The notes below the pieces were generated by a model. The model was given only the letters and a program-made list of their open reading frames with translations. It had not been told where the DNA came from and made no database searches. A stretch of DNA of 64,000 bases, taken from assembly GCA_002633005.1 (NCBI GenBank), contig NMRA01000012.1, positions 248,001-312,000 of the forward strand, read 5' to 3'. The stretch's first letter is position 1, and each line of letters begins with the position of its first letter. Made by a program: the position numbers and the translations under genes. Source of the DNA: Phoronis australis (Eukaryota > Animalia > Phoronida). Of this stretch, positions 1-14,600 are shown piece by piece.

Positions 1-3000
1 AAAACTGTCATATGCGGGAGAGCCAAGTAAACAGTTAAAAATTAGCACTAATGGTAATCCCTGGATACACACCAGACAGACTATTTAGTTATTATTCTGA
101 CCACAAAATGGCCAATCCATTGTGGCATTTAATTAATTCCCCAGGGTTTAATGATCACGTAATTAACATAATCAAGAAGAACATGATGAAGAGCCAGTCA
201 CAGCACAAAAAGTTCAAGGTGATATTCAGTTATTAAAGCACGTGCTTTTGTTTTGAGAATACCCCATAACAAAGAATAGACAACTGAATTCCCACTTGTT
301 TTGCACATGGCAGAGACATGTCAGATAAACAAGGGTGATGGTAACTTGATACTTCTACCAATGCCTCGTAAGACAGCACGGAACATCCTGACATCTACTG
401 GGGACTCGCCAAAGCTTGTAATAAGATGCATTATGCTGGTTTCGGCTCACTGCAAGTTGTATGAGAGAAGAGACAGGTTGCTACTGGTACAAAACTAACA
501 CACAGTTGCTCAACGTAGCTGGAATATCCTGCAGCAATTTTAACATCAAGTAACATTTCAAGGTTAACGCCATCTGACCACAGTTCATTACATTTTCCTC
601 TCTTGCGCGTTTCATCTAACTCCCCCCGTAAAATCAAGAAGGGGTATTACTGTGGCGTTAAAAATGAAAGTTGTGTTATTTATAATTAAATGAAAGTTGT
701 ACTTTTTATAATTTTTCAAAACTCAGAAAACTGCTCATACTGTCATGGTAAAATTTCACCCATTTCTGACAAAAATAATAGCAAAAAATACCCAGAACGC
801 CACAATTGTTTAAAACATTGTCAGACAGCTATGTTGTCACAGAATTTGAATATGTGGTGCAACATATTTTTACAAAAAAATGAGAAAGTAAAACATTTCA
901 CTTTGTCCACCATCATATGTCATGAAATGGTGAGACTTTACAGTGTATACAGTTTAGTGCACGTAAACCGTTCTCAATCAAAACAGCAATATAGGAGACG
1001 GAGCAGTTTACAAAAACAGTTTTGTGTGCGTCATACCATTGATTTTTATCTCTGTGTAATTTGTGAATGAACTATTGATCGACGGAGGCTCCTGTAGCAA
1101 AAGCTGCTATCATTTATTTCGACTTAAATCAATTGTCTACCTCGTGGAGATACAAAACCAGCTAATTTTGAAAAACTACTCTCGACTTTTGCCAATAAAC
1201 AAATGAATAAAAATAAGAAAACATTACGGTAGGTAAAATTAAGACAAGAAAGATTATGTTTAAAACATGATGTAAACTTTTTTACCTTGCGGCACCTTTA
1301 TTAATGTTGAATTAAGCACTGGGTAAAGTGTGAAAGAGACATCCTCTTGGGTACAACAATGTAATGAGCGCTCACTCAGGTATGAAATCCTGTTATATCC
1401 TAAACATATTTCACATGGTGTGACGAACCAAGTAAAGGAAACGAAAGAAGACCTGTCTTAGAATTTCATGTTACACCTGCATCTGGCAAAAAATCTCCAG
1501 TGTAGGATACTGAAAAATTTTCAAGGTTGGAGCTTGTACCAAATTTTAGAAACAGACACTACTGACTGTCCAAAATTCAAGAACTACCATCAATGACAAA
1601 TGATTGTTTACATCTACCAATACACACTATGGGGACCCCATGGAAATGCCTCAGCGACTATTTTCAATGATTTTATCAACTGTCAAGACTATTTTCAGAC
1701 TCTGTTGATACATTATGCAGTGTCCGACATTTGAGAAATACGATGAATGTCAAAATCATGCAGCCGTGCCTTATTCTACAGATTTATAAAACAATCAATT
1801 CTGTCTTGAATTCCAGCGTCCTAAAGTTTGTAGAGCGGCAAGACTGGAGAACTGTTAAAGACTAACACTGTAATTGGTTTTGTTCAACAGAAAAACTCTT
1901 AACATGTAGGGTAACACCATAACCCGGGCCTGAGTCGTTGCTTTGTAATTTAGTACATAATCAAGGTAATATGCAATGTAAGTCTGACAAGTAATCTATC
2001 AGGTGTGTCAATGCAAACATCCTAGGCAAGTAATTAAAGCAAAAAATTGACAACATGGTCAAAACTCATCCTCTGCCCGATTGAACTCTCTCCCACCTAA
2101 AATGTCACAAAGCTGACAGATGGCGGAAATGCGATTCAACAATAGTCAACATACGACCTCTAGTGCTAATCCTACAACATATGCTAATGTTTTAACACGC
2201 AAGCCTGACCAGAGGTTAAAGGCACCTTGGATGGCACTAATCAATGGCAATTAATTGTCCATAACAGCAGCAGCTGAGATGACATCCTGCTACACTTGGA
2301 TCAGTTCTGACGTCACAACGTTAATAAAAATGTTTGACCTCGACACCTGTGACGACTGGTTACCATGTTGGCAAGACCACTACCTGCAAATTTTCAAATT
2401 TTCTCAACACGAGTTTTGTTAATAGTCCCATACAGGAATTTCACCTTTTGAGAACGAGTTTTCAAAACTTGGGACCATTAAATGTCACTACTGCCCTTAG
2501 AGAGATTTCAATGTGAAAATTACCTTCACGACAACGCTATTTTCGTTTCCTTAAGTGAGGAAGCTTGTCATTTTACAAATAACATTTTCCACCCACTAGC
2601 AACTACTAAGTACCAGTAAATTGGTACACTATAAGCTAATAATTTATTAAAATATTCAACAACAGATCAGGATGTTCAAAATGCCTTATTTATAACATTA
2701 AACACCAAGAGATGAAGGTGTTGTATCACCAACGTACTCATAAATATTCTGTTGTCAACATCCATCCCAAAATGACTGGTAAATTGACATAGAGGGAAGT
2801 GGGCGTAAGTATGTGCCAAGGTACTTGTTGGTATTAACCAACATGCACTTTCAGGGAGTTCACGCAAATCAAAGAGAAATTGGATTTTGTCACGTCATTT
2901 TCTAAACAAATGAAAATAACATGCCTTTACAATAAGTGAACTTCATGACAAATATCAGGTTAGTTAGTGTCTTTAGTCTCCAGCAACACATCCACAGAAA

Positions 3001-5525
3001 CAAGCGCAATATGTGTCCAAAGATAAACATTCAAAGCCAATTTTGGCGACAGATGGGAGGGGAGCCCCTTCCAGATCAGCCCCCTATTACAATCATCACA
3101 AGACCCCAGTACTGATTATAAATACTTTGCAGCCCAACAGGAGAAAGGTTACTGGCCTATGAACTGAAGTTATGTATATGTAGCACCATAAAATGGAGAT
3201 AAAATCGGTTACATCAAAGATGAATGGCATTAAAAGTTTAAGTACTATTATTAGAAACATTGCCAGAGTATGTTTGTTTACAAGCTGTACAAAACACTAT
3301 TTCAATAGTTGAGAATAGACCTATTTATCATTCCATAACAGTGCCAGGCAGTAGTTGGGTGACTGTTAACAAACTGTTTGATGCATCCCCACTGTACATT
3401 CAGAGTCCACTTGATAGAACAGTGACTTACACAGTCCCATATGCATAATCACTAGCCATAATAAAAAAGTTCATTTGATTCATTGCGTATCATAGATGGA
3501 AAGTTCACACACCACCAATAAAAGTAACATTTAATGATGTCGTGGATTTAAAAAGGCACACTAAATCCTGTTTTGACGATTTCAACCAATCCTCGCCCAG
3601 TCACCTGCTAATGCATCACAAGTGTCAATCTTCCAAGTTAAAGGCAGGAATCAACTAAAAACTCGTACTCTCTAGGTCACAGATTGGACATTATGGTCCT
3701 TGGTGGGTGGTCTCTTCCCAAAGTTCCCGTGTAATTCGCTAAAAGCATAGGCCACGCTTGCCTGTTTTAGCAAACTTAGAAAGGAGTTTTCAGTTTTTCC
3801 TACAAAACAGGGTTGTCGAGGGTTACAGAGTCTCAGCATTACTTTGTTTCAGAGGACTGGATGGCAAAGTTGTTTTTAGTATCTGTTAACAGGCCAAAAC
3901 CAGGTTTGGTACGGTATACTGTTAAGTACAATGTGTAGCAGGATTTAATTCAAGCACTTGGACACCTCACACCTCTTCTAACATGCAGTTGCTAAAATGT
4001 TAAACTCACTCCTATGCTCCTGAAATGTCGTCCCGTCATGATCCTAAATATACACCTAGGATCATCCTCTATAATGTAACTGATCATTCTTTAGCCATGT
4101 TTAGCCTGCAGTGAAAATGTCACCAAACCCCGTTGATACGATTCATTAAGTTTGCTTTAATTAAGTTTGCTTATCACTGAAAGAAATAAAGACAAAAAAT
4201 CACCTGACAATGGTGTGCACTCAGTGTTGTGTCTTGTGACATGGGGATATTAGGATGAATAAGTTAAATTGATATTAAGCCAGGCAAATGTCAAAATGTA
4301 TAGAAATGAACTTCATGAAATGCTAGGGTATTACCAAGAGTCAGTCATTCTAAAAATGTTTACAAACAGAAACATAAATATAAAAATAAACCCTGGAAAT
4401 TTATGACACCGGGAAATCACTCATGGCTGTTTTTTTTTTACTAGTAATGAAACATGATCACTATTTCGAAACTCAGCAGGTGGCAGCACATGACAATGGC
4501 ACCCCAGGAAAACAGAGCAGTAACTAAAAGCTTGACATTAAATTCAAAGCATTCCAACTAAGCACTACACACAGAAGAGAGTGGATGACTTGAAATGATT
4601 TCTTTGACTACATGCATCTACACTCAACTCCCATTGATCCAAACAAATCTAAGACAGAACTGGTGGTATACGGTAAGGTAGTCATGCAGTGAAAAATGCT
4701 CGAGAAAATCTTAGTATACGTATCCAATCAATGGTTCAGATTCATTTGATGCAGGTGAAGATGAATACCCCGATACATCATTGAATGTCACCCGTTGTGA
4801 CAAACATTTGATGAAGTATGCTCAATGAAACTTCATGAGGCAGCAGTGACGGTACACTACGTTTGTAATATATGGAGTGTATTGATTTCATAATCCTAGA
4901 AACTCGCAAGACACTTGCGACGCAATGCACAAAATAGTGGCTTTTAAGTTTTCTCCCCAGACCTGTGTATCACCAAAACTGCATTAGAGTACTCTGAAAA
5001 CCAGATTTGCAGATTTTTCAGTAAATTTGCAGATTTTCACGTACAGACCAAATTTACCCTAAGATATGCTTAGGGGGATTTGAATTTTTTAAAGTGGACT
5101 TTTCACTAAAAAATAACCAACAACGAGTTTGTTAAGCGTTCAGAGCTTTCAAGCGAATTAATAATCTCTTTTGAATTTACTGAATTTGTGTATTTTTGCC
5201 TGGCTGTGCGTACTGGAGGCTTGATTTCCGTACGAATCCGCATGTTTTGAGTATGGTACACAGGTCTGCAGAATTCAATATTCCAGCCTCGCGGACTGAC
5301 TTCAGCAGTGGCCATTTTTTAGTAAACCGTTTTAATGTTTCATGCTTATTTGTAAAACGCTAGACTTTCATTTCACTTCGCATATCACCAACATTGCAAT
5401 ATTGCCAGAAACTTACGAAATGAACCCCAGCTGTGGATGGGAGAGTGGTTTACATGTTCGTCATGGATACTCTTTCGGTCCAAACCATTAGTTATGTTGT
5501 TTTAGTTGTATTTTGAACAGTTTAC

Positions 5526-5618
5526 CTGAGAGGCACTGGTGGCTTGTTCCCCTTTCTTGTCGTCTCTGATGCGCACAAACCTTGGGAAGCGAAGAGAAAT
5601 TCCTTTCTCAGGATCAAC
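5526..5618 (-). CDS. LIG1: LIG1 penultimate coding exon, [31 protein letters not shown]
   Basis: ttacag|...|gtaaa; motif VI (SLRFPRFxRxRxDK). Confidence 0.98.
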
Positions 5619-8600
5619 CTGTAACAGACATAAAGGGGTCTCGGTAAACAAATGGCATGCACTGCTTATCGGTTTATGGCCAAAAATGTATTCTTGGGAT
5701 TACAGTTGGACAGGATAAACTTCTTGAAGTTATTAGCTTTGACTAGGGCTATAAAACAACAAAATCCATCCTGTTTGTGATTTTATTACAAATTGCCAAT
5801 TCTCGCCATTGTCTGCCAATCACCATTCTCTGACAATCACCAATGTCTGCCAATCATCATTCTCTGACAATCACCAATGTCTGCCAATCATCATTCTCTG
5901 ACAATCACCAATGTCTGCCAATCATCATTCTCAGACAATCACCAATGTCTGCCAATCATCATTCTCTGACAATCACCAATGTCTGCCAATCACCAATGTC
6001 TGCCAATCACCATTGTCGCAAAACATTTGCTGAACTATTGAGAAAGCGAATTTAATTTTTTCCATCCAAAAAGTGGTAAATACTTGCAGTACAACTTTTT
6101 GAATGAAAAAAAAAAATGAAATTGCCCGAATTGTTATTCACCGTCCTGATAAAACTGTTTGAAGATTTGCTTAACTAAGGGCCAGTGACTTTACCACTGA
6201 AATATGCTTATAAATGCTCAACTACTCGAGGTTATGCAGAACCCTAGAAAAATGTCCAAATCTGGCTAAATTTGGAACATCACATCTCACAAATGGCTAT
6301 ACGATTCATATGAAACTTTCACATATTGTTTTGTGCACTGTTCTCCATAACTATGTTATGAATTATTTTAATATGTCCCACTTTTGCATCAAAAATACCA
6401 CTTCTTGTGATTTTCTTAAAAGCTCAAAAGTTGCATAAAACAAAAATAATTTAGAAAACTATAATGTTTTTGAGATTTCATCTTAAACATTAATACCAAA
6501 TCAAATGAGGTCATGTTATTGTAGTGTTGTCTTGCTATAGTTCTGGCTAAATTTTACTAAAAAGAAATGTTAAGGTGACCCCATTAATGGGAAATTGGTA
6601 TAAATTTCAAAATCAAATTCTACAGGCTCTCTAACCTCAAAAAACATACTTTAATATTGAAATCTATATCAGGCTGAATCCACACACTTGTTGATAGACT
6701 TCTCCAAAATCTCAACACATGAGATCTGGATCAGTGGCAGTCTGATTGGCTGCTACTGCACAGCTTGTGCATTCGATTACGTATCACTGCCAATTTCTGT
6801 ATTAAAGGTACTTTTCTTATTGAGATTGTCCCTGTAATACCATATCCAAACTAATCTTCTGAAAGTGTTATCAGCTCGATGTTATTGTTAAAACCAAGTA
6901 AGACTATTGAGCTTTCAGTTCTTAGCTCTTACAAAGCAGGAAGTCATTTTAGATCAGAGGGCACAGAGCAAGAAATGAGAGTAAGTGCAGATAACCATTC
7001 AGGTATAACAAAACTTGGCAGGTGAGGCTTCTTAAGGATGACATTAAGTGGACAAGAACACAGGGTCTTTTATATATAAGTTTATTTTAAAATATAAAAA
7101 TTCAAGTGAATGGATTTGATATTCACAAAAATAGGAAATCTTGATTGTTGTTGTGAATATACATTACACATTCCTCATGGTTAACAACCAAATTTCTCAA
7201 CGGACAGTAGGTTTCAACATAAAAATAATTCCCAGAATGTCACCACAAAAAATGCCAATTTGTAAGCCAAATTGCTGCATTTCATTTTGAAGCATAGTGT
7301 TGAATTTAATATTCTATAATTACAGCTAATCCTTTAAAAGCCCTGATAAAATTGTCAAAAATAAAAAAATCGATGCTATACAAAATTTGCATTGACAAGC
7401 ACATGTTGAAAGGCAGAGTTTAGCTATAATAAGGATGATAGATAGGTGAAACAGCTGGTTTCTACATTCCATCTCATTTGCACTAAATTATTTAACCTAC
7501 CCCCTACCATCAACAACCTACCCCCTACTATCAACGGCCTACCCCCTACCACCAACAACCTGCCCCCTACCACCAATAACCTACCCCCTACCACCACCAA
7601 CCAACTCCCTACCACCAACAACCTACTCCCCACGACCCACATTTTATGCATTTCCTCTATGTTCATCGTTTATGTTTTGTTGGTTTAAGCTTGATATATT
7701 CCTTTTAAAGGCAGGTTTGTACCAGAAGTAGGAACCGCATGTATTTTTGGTTGAGCTGTTTGATGCACAGATTGCTTCTAGAGCAATGTGATTCCAGCTT
7801 TTGGTATTAAGCCACCTTTACTCTGAGATGGCAGTCTTTGTGGTCATTTTCCACAGACTACACAATTTCTCATTGCTACGTCACTATAAATGCCCATTTT
7901 CGTCAAGCCAGCCCTCGTTTCTACGTCCTAGACAGACAGTCTATGTTGATTACAAGACATAATGAACATAAAGAGGTTATTTCTCTAGAAATCGGCACAC
8001 AAGTCAAATCAACATATGACGTTTGTTCAGAGAGTGCACAGCTCTAAATTTCCGGTATGCACCTGTTTTTACCTAACACATTTAGAATCAATCTATTTTA
8101 ATGTCCAGAGAGAATCTCCTCCAGTCACCCTCATGCAGTCAATGTTAATGCAACAACACACCTATACAGTGCTATGCCATAACTCACAGAGCCTTCACAA
8201 ATGTAATTTTGTATATAAACTGGCTATCGATTATATCTTTAAGCACCCGTACAATGTGAGCAGATTGACTATGAGTTGACTCAGCTTAAAATGTATAGTT
8301 TATACCTATCAAGCTTGTAACAAATTATAAGTCTTCAAAACTGTGAAGTTATAAATACCAAAAACAAGTCTCCTGAACAAACTGTCTTCAAATTAACTGA
8401 GGGAATATATCCAAATCCAAGTTACCCTCGTGTGCAGGGGCTAAAACAACATTGCTTACATTTCAACAATTGTCCAACAATTGTCCAGAAAGTGATTTTT
8501 AGTGGCAATCGTACTGCTTGGTCAAACAGCTTGTTGATTATCATAAATACAAAAAGCTTCATTAGATAGTTATGATGAAATGAGTGGTTATGATGAGACA

Positions 8601-11600
8601 AGTGGCCACACCGCAGAAAGCATTTTTTCAAAGCCTGACAACAGACAGAGAAGTCCAGTCACACAGAGGAGGGTATAAATACTTTGCACTCCTCGTCTGA
8701 ATCTATGCCTGAAATTGTACTTTCCACAAAAGGTACTGGCAGAATTAAAGGGAAGTTTAAGTACGATATGATATGGTAAAATGTCACCAGTTTGGAACAA
8801 AAATAGTAACGGGATTTTCCATAGACAAGCCCATGGGGGTGTATTCGGAAAATTTCAGACGTTTTAATAACACAAAACAAATGACCGGGTGTTTATTCGG
8901 AAAAGAGGGGCATACATAAATGAAAAGTTATAGGTTTTCTGACATTGACATTTTTTACTTAAAAATGTGTTCTAAAATTTTATGTTAATAATTGCATAGT
9001 TCGCTTGCACTTTGTTCGTTTTTACAAATGATAAATGCTCCGGCAAAACTGAATTTGTGACTAAGCGTTGGTGCTTAGTGGGCTTTTCAGGGGAAATTTT
9101 TCGAATAAACACTCCACTATCTGTGCACTTGACACCAGAAGTTACAATTATACCAAATAAGCACCTATGAGTGTTTATTCTGCATAATTTTCAGAATAAA
9201 CGCCCATGGGCATTTCATCGGGTGGGATTATCTATGGAAAACCCAGGTAGCCATCAGTGATCATTTCATTTTCACAGGTTTCTAGTTCCGTGTTAAATGC
9301 TTGCAATTTCCAAATCCTATCACAATGCTAACTGTGGTTAACAGGGACTCATCTTGCGGCCGTTCAGGGCATTATTGGGACAGCCACTTCAAAAAAAATA
9401 ACGGCATAAGCGGCACGTCCAAGACAAAAAAGACAGCGTGTTTCAACACAACCCCGGCTGTTTCACTGTAGACTTATGAATTGCAGTATTGCGAGATGTA
9501 ACGAAACATAGTCACATGTATTCAAGGATATATTTCTATTGTCATTTCGAATTCAACTTCATTGTTTTCTCATAAGTTTAAATTCTCTTGCTCAACTGCA
9601 TTAACTTATCTTTTGTAAGCTTCAAGATACATCGAGTTCTGAAGTCATGTTGTGAATTAACTGTCTAACATGCAGCTCTACACAGATTATCTTGCAAAAA
9701 AGATTTACAGATCTTGACTTTTGCAGTATGGTGACAATGTACACATCCTAAACGGAACAAACCTTTTAATGTTTGTTTAGTTTCCTTCTTTGCTGTCCTT
9801 TGAACAACAATAAAAACATGCAGACAGTGTGCTAAAATGCAAGAAAAATGAAATTTTGCATATAAATTATGATTTTTCCCTTAGTGTGAGGGGGAAATCC
9901 CCCTCTCGACCTCCCCCATTGGTGCTGTGTGCCTCAGAATCGCGTTTCACACGACTCGTCATTCTCACGAATTTGGAACCCACTTTTCAAATCCCAGATG
10001 AGTCCCTGCTGTGGTATTACTTAGGTGCTACTTATTGTTCATAAACTGGTGAGATGTTACCGCAGACACTAGAGGGAGTCCCTTCCAAGTTCATTCTTAG
10101 AATGAGCGGGAGAGTGCAATCACACCCACCACACCCCCGGGGTCACAGAGTACTCACTAGACCAGCGGCTGCACGGTGAGCAGGTGAGATGGATAGGTCA
10201 GCACACTTGACCTCCCACACCTGCACAGGATCAAACCAATGGTCTGGCTCATGGCTATGGTCGTAGCGGAAGTAAGAACGAGGCTTATCAATCACATGGT
10301 TTTTCAAAAAGTCTGTGTGTGTAGTCAGGTCGGCGTCAGAAAATCCAGTGCCAATCTAAAAATATTGAAAATGACAATGGTAATTCTCCATTTTTCCATT
10401 TTTCAAAGGCTGATTATTGTTCTGTAAATGAGGAAAAATTTACCAAAATTTGTATTACGACATCCACACAGTGCAAACCATACTAGGAACAAACTAAAAT
10501 TATCTTAATTTTTATTTTTGTGGACGAATTTGACAAAATAGAATTTCACTTGTGTGTTAAATAAGTTACGAATTACTGTTACCACGTAGAATTCCCAGAA
10601 TATGTCAATACAGGCTGATTAGGCTCTTTTCTGAAAACTCAAGAAGTGTGACATCATTATCAAAATAATAAAAGAAATAGTAATAGTCATAGCTGTAATG
10701 ATGATGATAATGATAATTTGGGTTCACAAAACTATTTACCCGGACAGCACATCTTATCTGGTCTGTGTTCACCCGAACTCACAGGGGATAATATTTGAAA
10801 GGTTTCCTTTTGAGATACATAACAAATAGCTTTGGCATTAGACTCAATGTCTGAATTGAATTTCAATCTTAACTAAAAGGTGTAGACAATTAGGAAAGAA
10901 TACAATATTTACAGCTATATTTTGACTGCATTAGCAAAAACAGATACCTCACAGAAAACAAAAACATGATACTTTTCAGAAAATGGGATACTGTTACGTC
11001 AAAACTCCTCACCTTACAAATGGACTGAAATTCTTCATTTTCTTCATCATAACATGCCAGCAGAAATCCGCCATATTTTCCAGTCCGTTTACCAGTGCCA
11101 TGGTAACCACCAATAACAACCAAGTCCAACGTGTCTCCCACACCCTCTAGGTAATCCTTCTTCAACTGTAGAATACAATATCAGAAATACAATGGAGAAA
11201 ATACAACACAGAAAAAACAATGAACACAAAAACTGAAAATGCAATCAATCAATATAAGAAGTACAAGATACCTGGTCACTCTCAGAAGTACAAGATATCT
11301 GGTCACTCTCAGACCTACAAGATACCTGGTCACTACACTTCATTTATTTCATTTTCAACATCTTTTACCTGAAATGACAAATGGCGACCAAATCTCACTA
11401 AAAAAATCAGCCCTCGCTTTTACTAAATGGGATTGCTCATTGGAGAATAAATTATGAAGAGGTAAACTTGAAACTTCGATGTAGTCTTAAGTTTTACTTA
11501 CAGTACGTTACACCAATTATTTGAATAAGTTCAAGTATGCAATCAAGTGTATGCCCTCAGCACAAGTTAGACACAGTGATGACTTGTGTGGGGAATTTCA

Positions 11601-14600
11601 CATGTATTTAGTAGGAGGGGGCCTTCTTTTGATAGAGTAACAAGAAAAAGATAACTTATAGAGAACAACCACAAACCATTATATGTAAACCAAAGCGCAG
11701 GTAAGCAGGATCAAACACAAGAGATGACTAGTGCCCACTGGCCAGTTCAGCTATGACAAGTTTCAAGTGCGAGTAATTTCTACAAAATTTGCAAATTCAA
11801 CAACGAAAAGACAACAAATAAAAAAGTACAATGAGGAAAGCAACCCAAAAAGTATGACAGAGGTGCAAAACAGCAATTTTTTTTCTCTAAAATATGAACA
11901 CTGACCCAGAAATCACTTTTGCATTATATCCAGTTTCTTATTCACTTGCTTGCAAACATTTGCTAGAAAGACAGAGCTCAGAGGAGCAGGAGACAAATTA
12001 ACTTGTGCTCTGCTCGATTGTCTATCAGTAAAGCCAGGATTTGAACCCAGATCTCCGAAACGAGAGTCCAGTCAAACTACTGAGCAACACTGTCTCCTCT
12101 AGTGGAACAAGGGCAGCTGTTTTCAGGTAACTGTGAACCTTGTTTACCAGGTTGTACTTATGTGCAAATATCTTAAATTCCGTTAGCTCTAACCCCTACA
12201 AAGTATACATTTTCTGAAAGATAAATAAATTTCCTGATAACATTTATTCTTCTTATTTACTTGTCTTTATTATTTCATGAGATATGCGTTTTTTAGTAAA
12301 AACATGTTGACTTTGAACAGATTTTAAAAATATTGTTCTTCAGTTATATTGGTCTTTTGTCAACACGTTGATAACGGCATTTGCGAAAGAACCGTGTCTC
12401 ACATTTCTGGTATAGGTCCTAGTTTTCCAGAACAAAGCCTTCAAAAATCAAGAGTATGGCCGTTTTTGCTCAAAATGCTCTAAAAAGTTAATAATTATAA
12501 AACTAAGATCTGTTTGAAAGTTCGCTCATACTGTCCCATCTGTGAAAGGAACACTGTGCAAAATTTCACAAACATACCATCTCAAATGGATGCTGGACGG
12601 ACACTGGCTGGACAGACTAGGATGATGGCATAATGCACCGTACATAAATACGAGGCCTTATAAAAAGGAAAATTTTCCAAGTGACTTATTGTTCCACAAA
12701 TAGGATTATGTGATAGAAATATGAAAAAAGTCAAAATAATTATAAAAAATAGACGAAAAAGAGGAACAAAGAAGAAATCCTATTAAAAGAGGAAAATTAC
12801 GAGCCGTTTTTTTTTTACTACCACTTGCTATACAAGTTTGTAATCAACACTTAAGGTGCTTGTGTTGTGACTGAATAAATCCACGGCAAAAGTAAGAAAA
12901 AATGCAACGGGTAAATTTTTCCAAATTATAGTTTTGTAGCAATCCATACATTTATGACTTGCAATAATAACAAGAGGGTGCCCCCACAAATGCATAGCAG
13001 ACTGATTATTCTATACATCTGCTGGCAACATGCATTATGCAATGTTGAGACAGACATGGACACAGATATAATGATTGAATACTACATAAAGGTATATCCA
13101 GTGCTCTTTAGTTAATATGACTATTTCCTAAGGACATTCCATTTCACACAATGAAAAAAGTATATAATGTTTTAAATTTTGCAACCTTAAGATGCACATG
13201 TCACAACATCGTTGCCCTAATTATGGGTACACACATGATTTGGCTATCGAGCACCCTTCTCTGAATAAACAAAGTGGATTAAGGTTCCCAATGTCACACA
13301 TATAGGATAGTGTCCTGACCTCGATGCCATGTCGTGCGGTTAAAATGCCACCTATTGGACAGAACAATAGTAGCACCACTAGCCAAGTAAGGATGTGTTC
13401 TGATGTTTACATGATTCTATGCCCCATCAAAATATATCAAGTAAAAGTTTTGGAAAGCTTCTGAACACTTTAAGGGGTAATCAGATGATAACTAATTTAT
13501 TTTATTTCATAATGGATGAGAAACTATCAGGCTGTTTCAGGGCAGAATTCAACTTGGGGAACACCACACATGGAGGTCTTCTTTTCAACATTCTTTTAAC
13601 TTTAACTGAAGCGGCGGCCTCATTAGAAGTCATGGTTTGACAATAATTGCATTTGTTAAACATTAAGTTCAAAGTTCAACCAACTCTGATGTTTTTGACC
13701 ATACAATCACCAACGGAAATCAGTGGTAGGACTAACTCAGTTGTCTTGGAAACCGTGCAGATGTGAACGCAGACCCGGTAATATCCCTTTTTAATTGCAG
13801 CTGTGGCTATTAACACTGTTTGTTCTTCTGCGATTGTAAAGGAGAGTTAAATTAGCAATTATTTTGTATACTCTGCAAAAATCAGAGGGGCATACTCCTG
13901 TTATTGAGGGAGATCCCTGCCCAATTTCTCTCTAGGTTTGAGACACCCTCCTACAAGATTTAATTCCTTTCACGACCCACCTCAAAAGTCAAGCCAACCA
14001 CCACTTACTAGCAAGGGAATTAACTTCAAGTTGGGCCAAACTTTTTCAAAAGATTGGTTGGGTCATTGTTTTTCCATCCTTTTTCTATGCTGGCCACTTA
14101 CAATATCATTTTCACTGTTTTAAAGAACTGTGAGGAAGATATGCATTGGGACTCAACCAGTTTAAATAGAATTTAACGTCAAATGAGCCTAGTGTCAACA
14201 CTATGCTTACGCACCTACACTTCATCCATGCAGGACTCGACAGTCGTAACTACGACGACCAGAAAAAGTGAAATACCAGTAGGAAATTGACTACACTCGT
14301 ATTATTTTAACAGGCACGGAGCACTTTTTTGGGCATTAGTTTTTATGAGCGAAAATTTAGAAACACAAATGCAGGGCTAGACGCTATTAAAATCGCTAGG
14401 TCGCATTTTGCGACCTAGCCAAAATCCCATGACGCCTTTTCAAAAACCACCTCCCATTCATATGTGCCAGGTCGCAAAATTTTCCCACCATTTTTACACG
14501 CCAAAATTGATTTTTTAAATCATCGAGAAAATGTTTAGATTATGCTCTTACCTGCATCGTTAAATACTAACAAACATAAGATCGCAAAATTGAGTTCGTT

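Noticed and set aside
2059-2100. Minus-strand ttttag|GT GGG AGA GAG...GREFNRAEDEF* as the LIG1 last exon
   Set aside because: The acidic ending is suggestive, but it needs phase 1 while exon 5526 ends in phase 0, and it lacks the VAxxY motif.
5809-6017. Regular repeats here and at 23696 and 40838 as CRISPR-like arrays or repeat proteins
   Set aside because: No unique spacers, a eukaryotic intron context, and the ORFs over them simply translate the repeat.
12032-12097. Functional tRNA genes here and at 39834-39905
   Set aside because: A and B boxes only, without intact acceptor and anticodon stems; treated as SINE heads.
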